From positions 89,404,001-89,468,000 of the forward strand of contig OX597814.1 of assembly GCA_951406725.2 (NCBI GenBank): DNA of 64,000 bases, written 5' to 3'. The position numbers and the translations under genes were made by a program. Below the pieces are notes generated by a model. It was given only the letters and a program-made list of their open reading frames with translations. It did not search any database and was not told the origin of the DNA. This DNA is from Octopus vulgaris. Taxonomy: Eukaryota. Shown one piece after another: positions 39,701 to 52,500 of the stretch (position 1 is its first letter; each line of letters opens with the position of its first letter).

Positions 39701-42700
39701 AGATACGATTAGGTGGAGGTTTAGTGCTTATTGTTAGATTAGTGTTAAATTTTAGGGTTTGGTTTATATTTAGTGTTATGTTTAGATTTTTGTTATTGCT
39801 AAAGCTATTATGAGTGCTGACATTAACTTTAGGTTTAAGTTTGTGAAGGGTAAGTTTAGAGATCGTGCAAGTAGCCGCGATAATTCCAGCTCCGGTAGCG
39901 TATATTAAAATTGTTGCGTTTGAAAAGCTCGTAGTCGGAATTCGGGTCTCGAAAACGTGCCCCAGCACGTTCGGGGCGACGGCGCTGTCGCGGGCGCGCT
40001 TCTCGCGTGTCCGCTTCAGTCGTCCGTTCGCATTCCTGGCCCTATTCGCCGGTGCGTGCGCAGTTGGGCCGCGGAGCTCTGCGCGCATCGCCGCCGCGTC
40101 GGCCGCCCTGCTCTGTCTTCGCCCGCGTGTCGTCCGGTTTCATGCCTGCACGTCGTTGCGCGGGTCGGTGCGCACGGGAGCCACGCGACAGACGTCGTCA
40201 GGCGTCGCCGTTTCTCGTTGCGGTAGCGCATCCACCTCCCGGTCGTTATAACTAAGTTTATGATTATGTTTAGATTTACTTTTAGGTTAAGGGTTAGAAT
40301 AAAGTTCTGTGTTTGCGTTACTTTTAGAGTTAGTGTTATTGTTAGGTAAGAGTAGAATAGTATTAGAGTTTGAATCAGGATTACAGAAATAGTTTTAGGA
40401 TTATGTTAGGATTAGGCATCGGTTCCAATCTATGTTAAGGGTTAGGATTTTGTTAGTGTTAGTTTTGTCCTTAGGGTTCGGATTAACTTGCTTTTTGGTT
40501 TAGAATTAACATTACGTTTACTTGTGGTTTAGTTTTATAACCACAGTTGAGGTTACTGCTATGTTTAATGTTAGCATTAGAGGAAAATTTAAAGTTTAGG
40601 ACTAGGTTATGTTAATCCATAGATTTAGAGTTCGCATTATATTGATGTTTATAGTTGGTGTTAGTGTTAAATTTAGTATTAGGCTTAAGTATTTTTAAAG
40701 TTAGATTTAAGCTTAGGTTTAGGGATAGATTTAGTTTTAGAGTTTCTATTAACATGCAGTTTATATTAAAGATTAAACATTAACTTTAAGCTTAGGGTTA
40801 GGTTTAAAATTAGCTTTTGGGCTAGTGTTATGATTAGAGTATGTGTTAGGGTTTAGGGTTCATGATTAGAGGTCATGTTATTGTTAGATTTATTGTGTTA
40901 AGTTTAAGGTAAGGGCTCTGAATGGGTTTAGATTTTAGCTTATATGTATATCATTAAGTTTTGGGAAAAAATTAAGGTATTCATTATATTTAGCATTCGT
41001 TTAATGTTAGGGTTAGTGCTATGTTAGCATTAAAATTAGGATTTATATTTTAGGGTAAGTTAATGTTATGAAATTTAGGGTTAGTTTCATTTTAGTGCTA
41101 TTTCATATTTCAGGTTATTGTTAGTGTTAGCTTTAGCATTAAATTAAGTGTTTGTTTGTACTAAGCCTTATATTTGCATTAGTGCTAGCGCTAAATTTAG
41201 CCTTAATCTTAGCGCTACATTTAGTTTTTGCATAAATGAGCGTTAGTTTTACATTTAGTCTTTGGGTGATAGTTGGGTTAGACTTAAGTTTTGGACTCAA
41301 CATAAAGTTAAACGTTAGATTTATTATTAGTTTTCTTTGCGTGGTTAATATTTATTTTAGCGTTAGCGAGAGAGTTAGTTACAATTAAAGTAAGGGTTAG
41401 TGTTAGTGATTGGGTTAAGATTAGGATTACTTTTACTGTTAGGGTTTGTGTTAATTAATAATCATGGCTAGAGTTAAGTTTAAGATTTAGGTTTCTGATT
41501 AGTGCTAGGCATTAACAGGTAAAAAAACACCAATACTAGGAGCAAGAGAGAGCTCATAGTTCAAAGGATCCATGATTCGACAGAGGAGGATCGCTGAGCA
41601 GAAGGCAGTAAGTCTTACCTACCAAGATCGATGGCTACAGTGATAGCAGGCCCTCGAGGGCCCACTGTCCTGGAAAGAACTCTGGAGCATTGACCAGGGA
41701 AGATTGTCCTTCTTCCTTCGTGCTGTCAATGAGATTTTGCGAATCTCAAATAAACTTAAAATATGGGGCAAAGAAAATTACCCACCCTGCAAGCAGTACG
41801 GAGCAACTCTTTGCATCCTGAACCACATTTTGACCAGGAGCCCTAGGACAGTGGGAGAAGGCCGATACAAGTGGAGACGTGATAAGGTCCTTGAAGAAAT
41901 CTCCAAGTGGACCGATCTGTAAAGGATGAAGAATAATAAACACCAACCACCACCGCCAGAGCGAATCAAATTCCTAAAGGAAGGCGACAAAGCCTCCAAG
42001 GCGAAAGCATTAGCAGGAGACCTGTTTTCTATTTTACGTTCAACCTCAGACTGGAAAATGCAAGTGGACCTGAAGGGAAGACTTGTCTTACCAGAAGAGT
42101 TGGTTATAACACGACTCCGACCAGATATTTTTCTGCTTTTCAGGAGTACAAAAACAATCATTGTGGTCGAACTCACTCTGCCTTGGAGGAATAGATTCGA
42201 TATTTCCCACGAAGTCCTTGTCAAGGGATGGCATGCAGGCTCATCCCCGCCCCCTTGAAATCGGCTGCCGTAGCTTTCCTGCTGGGTCTGTGCGCTATTT
42301 TCTGCAGGAGAAAGCCACCAGGGAGATAGACCCGGCAATTGAAACTAGCTCAAGGTGGCTATGATTGATAAGAGACCACAAATGGAACCCTTCTGTAGGT
42401 GAAGACTAGTTCAGTTCTTGCTACCCCACTCAGGCGAAACGTACAAGCTAAGGGGTAAAGCGTTTGCGACACTCAGATAGCTGTAGACTAAACGGAAGGT
42501 TTCCAGCATTGCAATGGATTGAGAAGGGCTTGTAAAACTTCTGAGTAGCTCCTGCAGTTTGTGCGCAGGACAAAGCATCTCTGATGTTTATTTCACTTAA
42601 AGTTTTTGAAGTTAAGGAATGATATATCGAGCTTTACATTTATGGGAGGTCTTCTGTTTATCGTTAGAAGTGTTATCGTTAATGTTGGAATTAGATTAAT

Positions 42701-45700
42701 GATTAGTGTCAGGATTAGGTTTAACCATGGGATAGGATAATTTTATCGTTTATGCTTAATGCAATGGTTTTGTGACTTTTGATTCCGAGATGACCTAGTA
42801 GTTAGCGTATGGAGTACAAGTAGATTTTGTCCGAGCACAACTTCATGCCTGACCATATTTTTGAGCCCAGGTCACTCCTCTTTCCCTTCTGTTATAAACA
42901 TCAGGGCTGATGATTTGGTGTAGCATTTAGTGTGAGGTTTACATTTAGTGTTTGTGTTAGACGTAGCATAAATGTTACTATTGAATTAGAGCTAGCACTA
43001 AGTTCAAGAGTACATCGATTTTAGTTTAAGCGTTAGTGTTAGTGATAGCATTCTAGTTAGACATAATTTGAGAATTAGGGTTCATTCTAGAGTATGGATA
43101 GTTTTAGCGTTAGCATCAGATATATGTTTGTTTAACATTAGATTTGGGTCATATTTTTAGAGCAAGGTTAGGTTTAAGAATTACGTTAGCATTTGGTTTA
43201 TGCTTAGTGTTACGGTTAAAGTTTAAGTTTAAAGTTAGTGTTAGGTTTAGGTTTAAGATTAGCTTTCGTGTTTGGATTTACGTTAGATTTATAGCCATAG
43301 TCTGTGTTAGGATTAGATGGATTAGATGTGGTAATTATTGTTATTGTTGCTCTGGGGATTAGTGCTTTGGATTTGGGGTAACTTTATGGTTAGATTTATT
43401 CTTAAGTTTAGGGTAGACTGTTAGCATTAATGTTAGCTGTATTGTTAGTACTAAGTTTAGTTTTATCTTTAGGATAAAGTTCATATTTATAGTATTGTTG
43501 CCTTAGTCTAATGCTTAAAGCAAAGGCTGGGATTAGAGTTATTAAGGTTATGTTTATATTTAAGTCCGGGATTATGTCAGGTTCTGTTCTTGTGTAATAT
43601 TTAAGATTAGAATTAGGAATTTAGGGTGAGAGTTAATATGAGTGCTATTGGCTGGTTATGCGTTAAGGAAGTATTAAGGTCATTAGGATTAGGTTTATGT
43701 TCAAGATTAGGGTTAGGTTAAAATTTTATGGTTAGTTTTAGGTTCAAGTATAGTTTTATGGTTAGGGTTAGGTTTAAGGTTAGCTTTGCTTTAACATTTA
43801 CATTAGTTGCAAAGTCAAAGCTTGTGTTAGGGTCAGATGTGATGATTATTGTTATTTTGAGCAGTAGTGTGTTTGGTTAGGGTTAGCTTTATGGTTAGAC
43901 CTATTGTTAGGTTAAAGATAACGTTATTTTTAGGGTTAGTCTGATGCTTTATGCTAGCGTTACTTTTAGCGCTTAAGTTTCACTTACGTTTAGCTGCATT
44001 CTTAATATTAAGTTTAGTTTAATCTTCAAGGTTAGATTTATGTTTATGGTACATTTTAATATTAATCTTATGTTTAAGACCAATGCTGGATTAAAGCTAT
44101 TCTTACGGTTACGTCCAGGTTTTAAGTTTTAGAGACGAGTTACATTGTGCGCGTGTAATTGTTTGAGTAAGAATTATGGTTCTACAATTCTTTTATTTGC
44201 TGAGTCTAGAAAGGGTGGAGACTATGACTCTTGAAGCTCTTTCAGACTGGTGAGATTAATGCCGTTAATTTCCCTTTAAACTATTGCTGGTGAAACTACC
44301 GCAGGAAAAACATGAAGGAAGCTAAGCAGAGTAAGAGTTGATATTCGTGATAAATTATGCCTTAGGTTGGTGTTAAGTTGACATTACAATTGAATCTATG
44401 TTTAGATTTAAGATCAGGGTAATTTTTAAGGTTAGTTTTTGTGATAGGTTAACTTTGGATTTATAATTAATGTTACGTTTAGTTTTTTTTTTCGGTTAGC
44501 GTTAATTCTAGTATTAGGTGTAGATTTACTTTTAGGGTCGTTGTTTGTATTAAAGTTAGATCAGACTTAGTTTAGTATAGAATTGTTAGTATAGAATTAT
44601 GCTGAAGTTTAGTTTTCGGTTTAGTGTTTTAGGGTTGGATTATTGTTAAGTTTAGAGTTAGGATTAAATATATTACGTGTAAAATAATATTTAACACGCT
44701 CGAGTACACTCAGGCGTGTAAAGGCCTTTCGCTGGGGAAACAGTCAAAATATTCGCGTGTTGCGAACGTGTTAAATATGACTTTACACGAAGAATATTTA
44801 TCCAACGTTGCTTCGTGCGACTTAATTAGCTGTAGCTTGACCAAGATTTACGTACATCAGCCATTGTAAAAGAACGAATAATTCTTTTCAGGTTGTGAAA
44901 TGCAGATTTGGCATTCGTAGCTGATGACATGAAACATCGCAGAAACGCATGCGTTCTACGATGTAATGGTGTCGTTCACAGTTGATTGTGCTTTCGTTTA
45001 AGACGAATGATTTCTCTCGGGACTATTTCCGAAGCGAAAGCACTTCACACGTTCGAATGTACTAGGACGTTTCACAAATAAATATACACAAATATATTTT
45101 ATTCAATTCTGTTTCGCGCAAATTGTAATTAATTCTTGCTTGACCAAACTTTATTATTATAAGTGAAAATACCGTTTGGTGTTCTAATATAAGAACGAAT
45201 CATTCCTTTCGGGCGGTGAGATTCAGATGTAGTAGTCGTAGCTGATGGCACACAGCAACGCAGAAACGCATGCGCTCTACGATCCAATCAGAGTATTGTC
45301 TCGCAAGACTATTTCCACAGCCAAAGTTTTCCCTACGTCTGCTTGTACTCAAACGAGTTAAATCTTACAGTACACTCACATTTTATTCAAAGCAGCCTCG
45401 TGAAACTTTAGTTAATAAATTCTAGCTTGATAAAGATTTATGCACATCAACGTCCGACTTGTTTGGTGTTCTAATATAAAAACGAATCATTCTTTCGGGC
45501 TCTGAAACGCTGATTTGGTATTTGGTGCTGATGACGCAACAAAGACACAGAAACAATGCGTCATACGGAGCAATGATGTCATTCACGGTTCAATGTGTTT
45601 TTATGCACATCGTTTACGAAGAATATTTTTTCTCACAAGACTATTCCCCAAGTGAAAGGACTTTACATGTCCGAGTGTACTCAAAAGTGTTAAATATTTC

Positions 45701-46462
45701 AACAAACTTCACAGGAATGTATAATATATTCAATGCTGTTTTATGCGACTTTTGTTAATGGTTAGAATAAAATTTAGCTTTAGTGTTAAGTGAGACTGAA
45801 GGTTTGTTTTAACGTTAATATTCCAATTATACAAAAGTTTATCGTTAACTACCAAGTGAATAAGTTTAATTATATAGTTTGCGTTATGTTTAGGGCTATT
45901 TGGAATGTTTGCATTACGTTTATTGTTAGCGTTAGGTCTATGGTTTATGATAGACTTATGCTTATGGTTAATGTCAGGGTTAGATTTATCTTCAGTGCCA
46001 GAGTTTTCTTCTATGGAGATTAAGTTTGGTGTTAGAGTACCTGTTAGGTTTCGGGTTAGGTTTAAGGTTAGATTTTGTTTTAGGCTTAGTTATAGGGTTA
46101 GGAGATAATACTTAGTATCACGCTTTGAATCATTATTGAGGAACATGGGATAGAGTTAGAGTTAGGATTATTATTAAGTTTAAAATTGGCATCCTAATGA
46201 ATGTAAATTTTGGGATTAAAATAAAGCTGAGTGTGATTGTTTGCGCGTTCGTTACGTACATTAGGCCTCAGAGAATTAAACACATACACACATCTATACA
46301 TACTTATACATACGTGTGTGAGTATGTGAGAGTGAATGAATGTGTGTGTGAGTATACATACATTTTTGTGACCACACACACACAATCTAAAGAAAGAGAC
46401 ACACACACAGAGGGAGACAGGCCGTTATACAGAGAGAGATACAATTAAAGTGTTAGATATTC

Positions 46463-46535
<73 letters not shown>

Positions 46536-49500
46536 ATGTGTGTGTTACCCAGAGGTGTGCGTAAATGTATGTCTGTGTGTGTGTACGTGAGTGTATGTGT
46601 GATAATTTTTATTTTCATTTGGAGTAAAACAATATAACACTTTATGAGAAAATATATCTTCATATTTTTTATTTACTGATCTGAATAAGAACAGCAGTAA
46701 CCCGGGTAATGTCGGGTCATTCAGCTAGTCGTATATATTTATTACAAAAAAATCCTAACCACGATAGAACACTCAATTGCATTCTGTTATAGAAATTTAG
46801 TCAACCTTATACCATGCAATCGTAACCAAGGAAAGTATCTTGGATTTAAATAGTGAATTAATCTCTTGTACGAAGCAATATATATGCGTAAGTGTAGAAA
46901 TGGGATATATTTCACAAAATTTTCGAATGAAATATCTTGGAACTTCGAACAATGAAAAGCAATGAAAAGCAATACTTTGCCTGCGTTGAGCATGTGAAAC
47001 ATTACAAGAATCTGGCATTCAATGATGAAGTTTAAGGTCAAAATATGGAAGAGTAATTCTTCACAACTTGATTAATGTAAATTTTTATGAAAAAAAACTG
47101 ACCATTAAATACCAAAGATAAGGGCTCGCTCGCTGTTATACTCTACTGAAGATGTAAGTTCGAAGATCACCATCTATGAAAATTGGTACAGGTGATGTGG
47201 TTGAAATGATAAAAATCTGTTGGGGAAGACTTTCTTTTCGCTATCTTTTCTAACTTTGTAAATATCATAGTCGAAAAAACAACCCCAAAGGGTTAGAATT
47301 TATCTTATATCGTTAATTGGGAACTGAGTCAAATTGTCTAATTGAAGACTGTAGTGTCATACCCATGTTCTTTGTTCGCATTGTTTTAGTTTTTAAAATG
47401 AAGCCACCCCGCTGGCCAGGCGGGCAGGCTATTCATTACTTCTTCAGTGTAGCTAGCTTCCAATCTCTGGCGAAGAGACAACGTACTCGTTTTAGTGATA
47501 GAGTCCTTCCGTAGGGTTAGTAGTCCGGTACATTTGTAGCTTGGTTGGACCTGTCAGAGCATACGCCCCGCTGCCATATCTACCGAACAACCATTGCCAC
47601 TGTTGCACCACTATGCGGTACTGAAGTGGTAGACTTAAAATAAACCACATGAAAACAAAATATATGCAGTTGGAAGACGTAGAACAAGGCCGAATAGCGG
47701 TGGGAAACGATGAAATCGAGGAGGTAAAGGATAAAGGAGTACGTCTGCTTAGGGCACACTGAACATGCGCCGAGATATGGATGCTGAAATCTCAAAGAGA
47801 ATAAGGGCAGGATGGAAGGCATAAAGCTAGACAATGCCCTACATGCCAGATTCTTCAATAGCACCGTTCTCCCTGAGATTTTATACGCAAGTGAAGCTTG
47901 GGGTACTACGAAGAGGATTGAACGTCGATTGGCTACGATGCAAAAGACCTAGGAAAGATCCATGCTAGAAGCATCGTTAAGAGAGTATATTCGAAATGAA
48001 GTAATTCATGAACGGAGCGAAGTGAACAATGTGATCTCAGAGTACCGAAATCACAAATTCCATTCGGCCGAACATGTCCAAAGGTTCACAGACAACAATT
48101 GAACCCATGTAGTCGCCGAGTGTATCCATAAGATCGGAAAAGGCCTCTTGGAATGTCTCCACGACGATGAGACGATGATTTAGTCCAGCAATTTGGGTCA
48201 AGATGGAAAAGAATGGCACACTCAAGACATTGTGACCAGCGCCGTATAACAGCATCTAATGGTCTGGTAGATACTGTGGTACTGTGAATTGTTGAAACAA
48301 GTACAAAATATTTTGGTATTACTAGAACTACTACTTAAGTTAAAGGAGGTCAACTAAATACATCATAGGACTAAGAAATAAACAAACATTCTTATGAGGA
48401 TTTCAATGATCATGTCACTGAAGATACTTATTCATCGTTATTTTTTAGAGTCCTGACCACCTGTTTCAGTAGTTCTGTGACTGACAATTATTAATTAAAT
48501 GGAGCATTTAATCAGCATATCTAGTTGTGACAAACACATCTCTGTTGTGGACAGATATAGTAGGACCTAAAACATATTGTTCTTATTTTTTATCTTCTAT
48601 TAATGTTAGTCATTGGATTGCAGCCATGCTGGGGCACTGTATTGAAGGGTTTTAGCCAAACGAATCGACCCTAGTAATTATTTTGTAACTCTGGTACTTA
48701 TTCTATTGGTCTCTTTTATCGAATCGTTAAGTTACAGCGACGTAAACAAACCAACATCGGCGTTCAAGAGGCGGGAGGAAGGGTACAAAAATAAACGCTG
48801 GCACTCGCACACACACACACACATGCACACGCACACACACACACACGCACACACACACACGCACACACACACACACACAAACACACACACAAACACACCC
48901 ACACACATACACACACACACACACACCTACACATGGTGCTCGGACTATATTTGATGAATTTTTTACATCCGCTTTTATCAGGAACAGCCAACGGCATTGG
49001 AGAACATGAAAATTAAAGTTGTAGTAGAGAAAAAGTAAGCAGACATGGAGGACTACAAGCCATCTGAATATTCGAAATGATTCGCACCAGGTATCGAAAG
49101 TCCGGTATCATGACTACTATTCAATGCTCTGAACACTATAAAGGCTGTATGACGTGACATAGTCATCTTGAAAGTTAAGTTCCCCCAAACTGTAATGGTC
49201 TTTGTGCGTGTTTCCAGTGAGGGTGACGTCTTATCGCCCCTACACCTTTGCTCAGGGATTTAGGCTAAATTCAGACGGTTATGTGAAGCTGCTGGAGGCT
49301 GTTGCTAAACCCTGATTGGAGAGAGTTGTTGCTGGAAGGTCATATGTGTGACAGCAGGATTCGGCACTTTGCTATGTCTCCAGAACGAGTCAGAAGTAGT
49401 CGCAGAATTTCTACTTCACTAGCCCCAATTTTTGGCTTCTAAATTCCCTTGAATGTAATCCTTAAGACTACTATGAGTGGGGTGCGGTTGAGAAAGGCAT

Positions 49501-52500
49501 CAACCGCTCTGCTTGCATCACCAAGACCGAGCTGGTAGCCAAGATCAAGGAGGTGTTGGAAGATCCTCCCAGACACACAGTGAAGAACGCATGCGCCAGG
49601 TTCTGGAGATGTCTTGAGGCATATATATATATATAAATATAAAATACAAAATGGGACAAGAACGCAAAACATCCGGACAACTAGGTGATACAAAAAGGGA
49701 AACAAAACATCCAGATAGACGATGCAAAGAAAACAAGGACGGGTCATTCGAATTTTCCTTTCCTCAGTCAAGCACCAGATTATCCTCGCAATTTCGGCTG
49801 AATATATATATATAAGATGGGCTTCCATTCAGTTTCCTTCTGCCAAATTTACTCAGAAAATATTGACCGGCCTTGGGCTATAGTAGAAGACACTTGCCTA
49901 AGGTGGCCGAGCAGTGGGACTGAATCTGAAACAACGTGGTTGTAAAAAACAAGTTTCTTAACCACACAGCCATGCCTGCGCCTGTAGATATATGTTTTCA
50001 TGAAAGTTAGGATGCTATAATGTATAGATCAAATAACTATATAGGAGCCAACTCATATACTCAAGAACACTGAACACCTCCTGGTACCTGTATCACGTAA
50101 AATACTGAACCACTGCTCACTTAAATAATTCATACAATCAATTTCAGCTTAGTGGAGACCATCAGTTCTGTTCTGTGCTATATTTTAGAGATGAAGGATG
50201 CTGTACACTATTTACATTATTTACATTGGACGGATATGTGGCCTCATCTTGTTTGTTGTTACAACAAACAAGATGAGGACACATATTAATTACAATAAAT
50301 GTAAATAATGATCCGTTCTATTGCTGTCAGTGCTTAGTACAGTAACTTGTTATGCCACTTCTTATATCACGACTGATTGGGCCATTTGAGTGTTAAGTCT
50401 CTTTGCCAAGGACATGGCGTCGTGATAGAGACAATATTGTTGGTTGCAGTGACATAGTGTGTGTGAGAGAGAGAGAGAGACCGTGATTTTACCGCCCTCC
50501 CCTGCCCCTATACGGGCTTACACAGCAGACCCAAAAGTGCCGCCTGGGACGGACCACCTGCTCCATCCTCCCAGCTACGTTACTGGCTGGTTGGTTGTCT
50601 AATATCATATGACATAAGATAACCAGCCATTTGCGTAGCTCTGGTGGGAGAAAGTTTAGGGAAATAGAGGTCTCCAGACTTATTTTTGGACAGGCGCTTC
50701 CCAACCACATGGCTCTGGGTTCGGTCCCACTGTATGGCACCTTGGACAAGTGTCTTCTCCCAAACTTTCAGGTCGATCAAAGCTTTGTGGGTGGATTTGG
50801 AAGACGGAAACTGAAATAAGTCCGTTATAGTCTTTGTCTCTACGTTTGTCCCTCTCCAACGCTTGACAACGGGTATTGGTGTGTTTGCGTCCAAGTATCT
50901 TAGCGGTTCGACAAAAGAGACCGATAGAGTAAGTGCCAGACTTAAAAAAAGTACTGCGGTCAATATGTTCGACTAGAATACTTCAAGGTGGTGCCACAGC
51001 GTGACCGCAGCCCAATAAATGAAACAAGGAGGTGATAAAAGATCGGCATTTTAAAGTAAAATACTGATGCTAATATGGCAGCAAAATATTTCTTTACAAT
51101 TTGTTAGAATCCACAAATTATGCAAGTCTGTATTACAGATTCCAGTTTTTGGAATAACATCTATATGATTCAGAGTAAGCTCGACGAAATAGTAATATTG
51201 GTTTCAAATTTTGTCACAAGACCAGAAATTTCGGGGAAATTTCTGGTCAGTGTTCAACTGGTACAAACGGACGAAATAACTAAGTAGCTATATTAACAGT
51301 TTACTTATTTACATATAATTCGTCGCCCTTTTCAAGCCTAGCCAGGTTCATGGGCCCGGTTTCCCGGTTTCTGTGGTGTATGTGTGTCCCCCCCACCAGC
51401 TGGACGGGACGCCAGTCCATCGCAGCGTTACTCAAGAAACAGAGAGAGAGAGAGTGGAGTACGACAGGGGTCGACCCCCCCCTGCTGAAGCCTCGTGGAG
51501 CTTTTACGTGTTTTCGCTCAATAAACACACACAACGCCCGGTCTGGGAATCGGAACTGTTATCCTCCGGCCGCGAGTCCGCTGCCCTAACCACTGGGCCA
51601 TTGCGCCTCCACATTTACATATTACATATACATAATTTATACACGCACACTAATCAAAGCGGGATTCGAACTCAGAACATTAGAAGCTGAAACTAAATAA
51701 TGAATGGCGCTTTCTCCGATAATCCATCATTTTTACCATGTACTTTAATAACAATTTAAAATTTGGTTACAAAGACTGCAATTTTAGGAGGGAGTAAATA
51801 GGTTACATCTATATCGATCCCAGGTGCTCAAGTAGTATATATTTTATCGACTGCGGGAGGATGAAAGGCAAAATCAATCTCGGCGTCATCGGCAGAAAAA
51901 ATGCCGCTAAGCATTTTGTCCGGGGTACTACCGATTCTGCCACCTCGCTGTCTTATCATACATTTTATAAGCAATAAAAGTGGTTTTATAGGATAGGTTC
52001 CAGATCATAAATTTGAGAGGAAACGTGTTGTCTGATACTTGACTGTCCTCTACCGCTTCAACCAATCACTATTCTAAGTAATAAATTTTTACACTGGCAA
52101 AGACCCCTAAGTTTATGGGTTGACTATATTTGCCTTACTTAAAACCAGTATATGACTGGGACTTCAGAGCAGTGACGTAGTTAGAGTGTGTCTTGCCGTG
52201 AGCCCTTGAATTTTCCGTCCTCGGGCGCCTAAACCTATACATGCTTATATAGCACACCTAAAAGTGCTGCTCCAATAAAAGCGTCGCCTGGGGCGAACCG
52301 CCTGACCACCCCTAGCTACACTACTGCTACGGACTGACTGTATTTGCTAACGTAAGAATTTATTGCTTAGTGGTTGAAACGGTAGAAGACCAGTAAAATA
52401 TCAGAATTAATTAAATTTATGATCTCGAGCGCGAGCCTATCCCATAAAAACAATTTTACTACTATTAAAGTACATAGTAAGTCGGCGAGCCGCAAAATCG

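Larger units (their letters stand above)
37490..46190 (+). repeat. Decayed interstitial (TTAGGG)n-like array with multiple insertions
   Basis: 6-nt periodic TTAGGG/TTAGGT/TTAGTG/TTAAGG/TTATGG variants over kilobases, G-rich strand always on +. Confidence 0.8.

Noticed and set aside
39585-40255. GC-rich ORFs, or a functional rRNA gene
   Set aside because: Chance ORFs over an 18S fragment that is short, mutated in universal positions and lacks the rest of the rDNA unit
44800-45755. CRISPR-like repeat-spacer array
   Set aside because: Eukaryotic context; whole ~300-bp units are homologous, with no unique spacers and no cas genes
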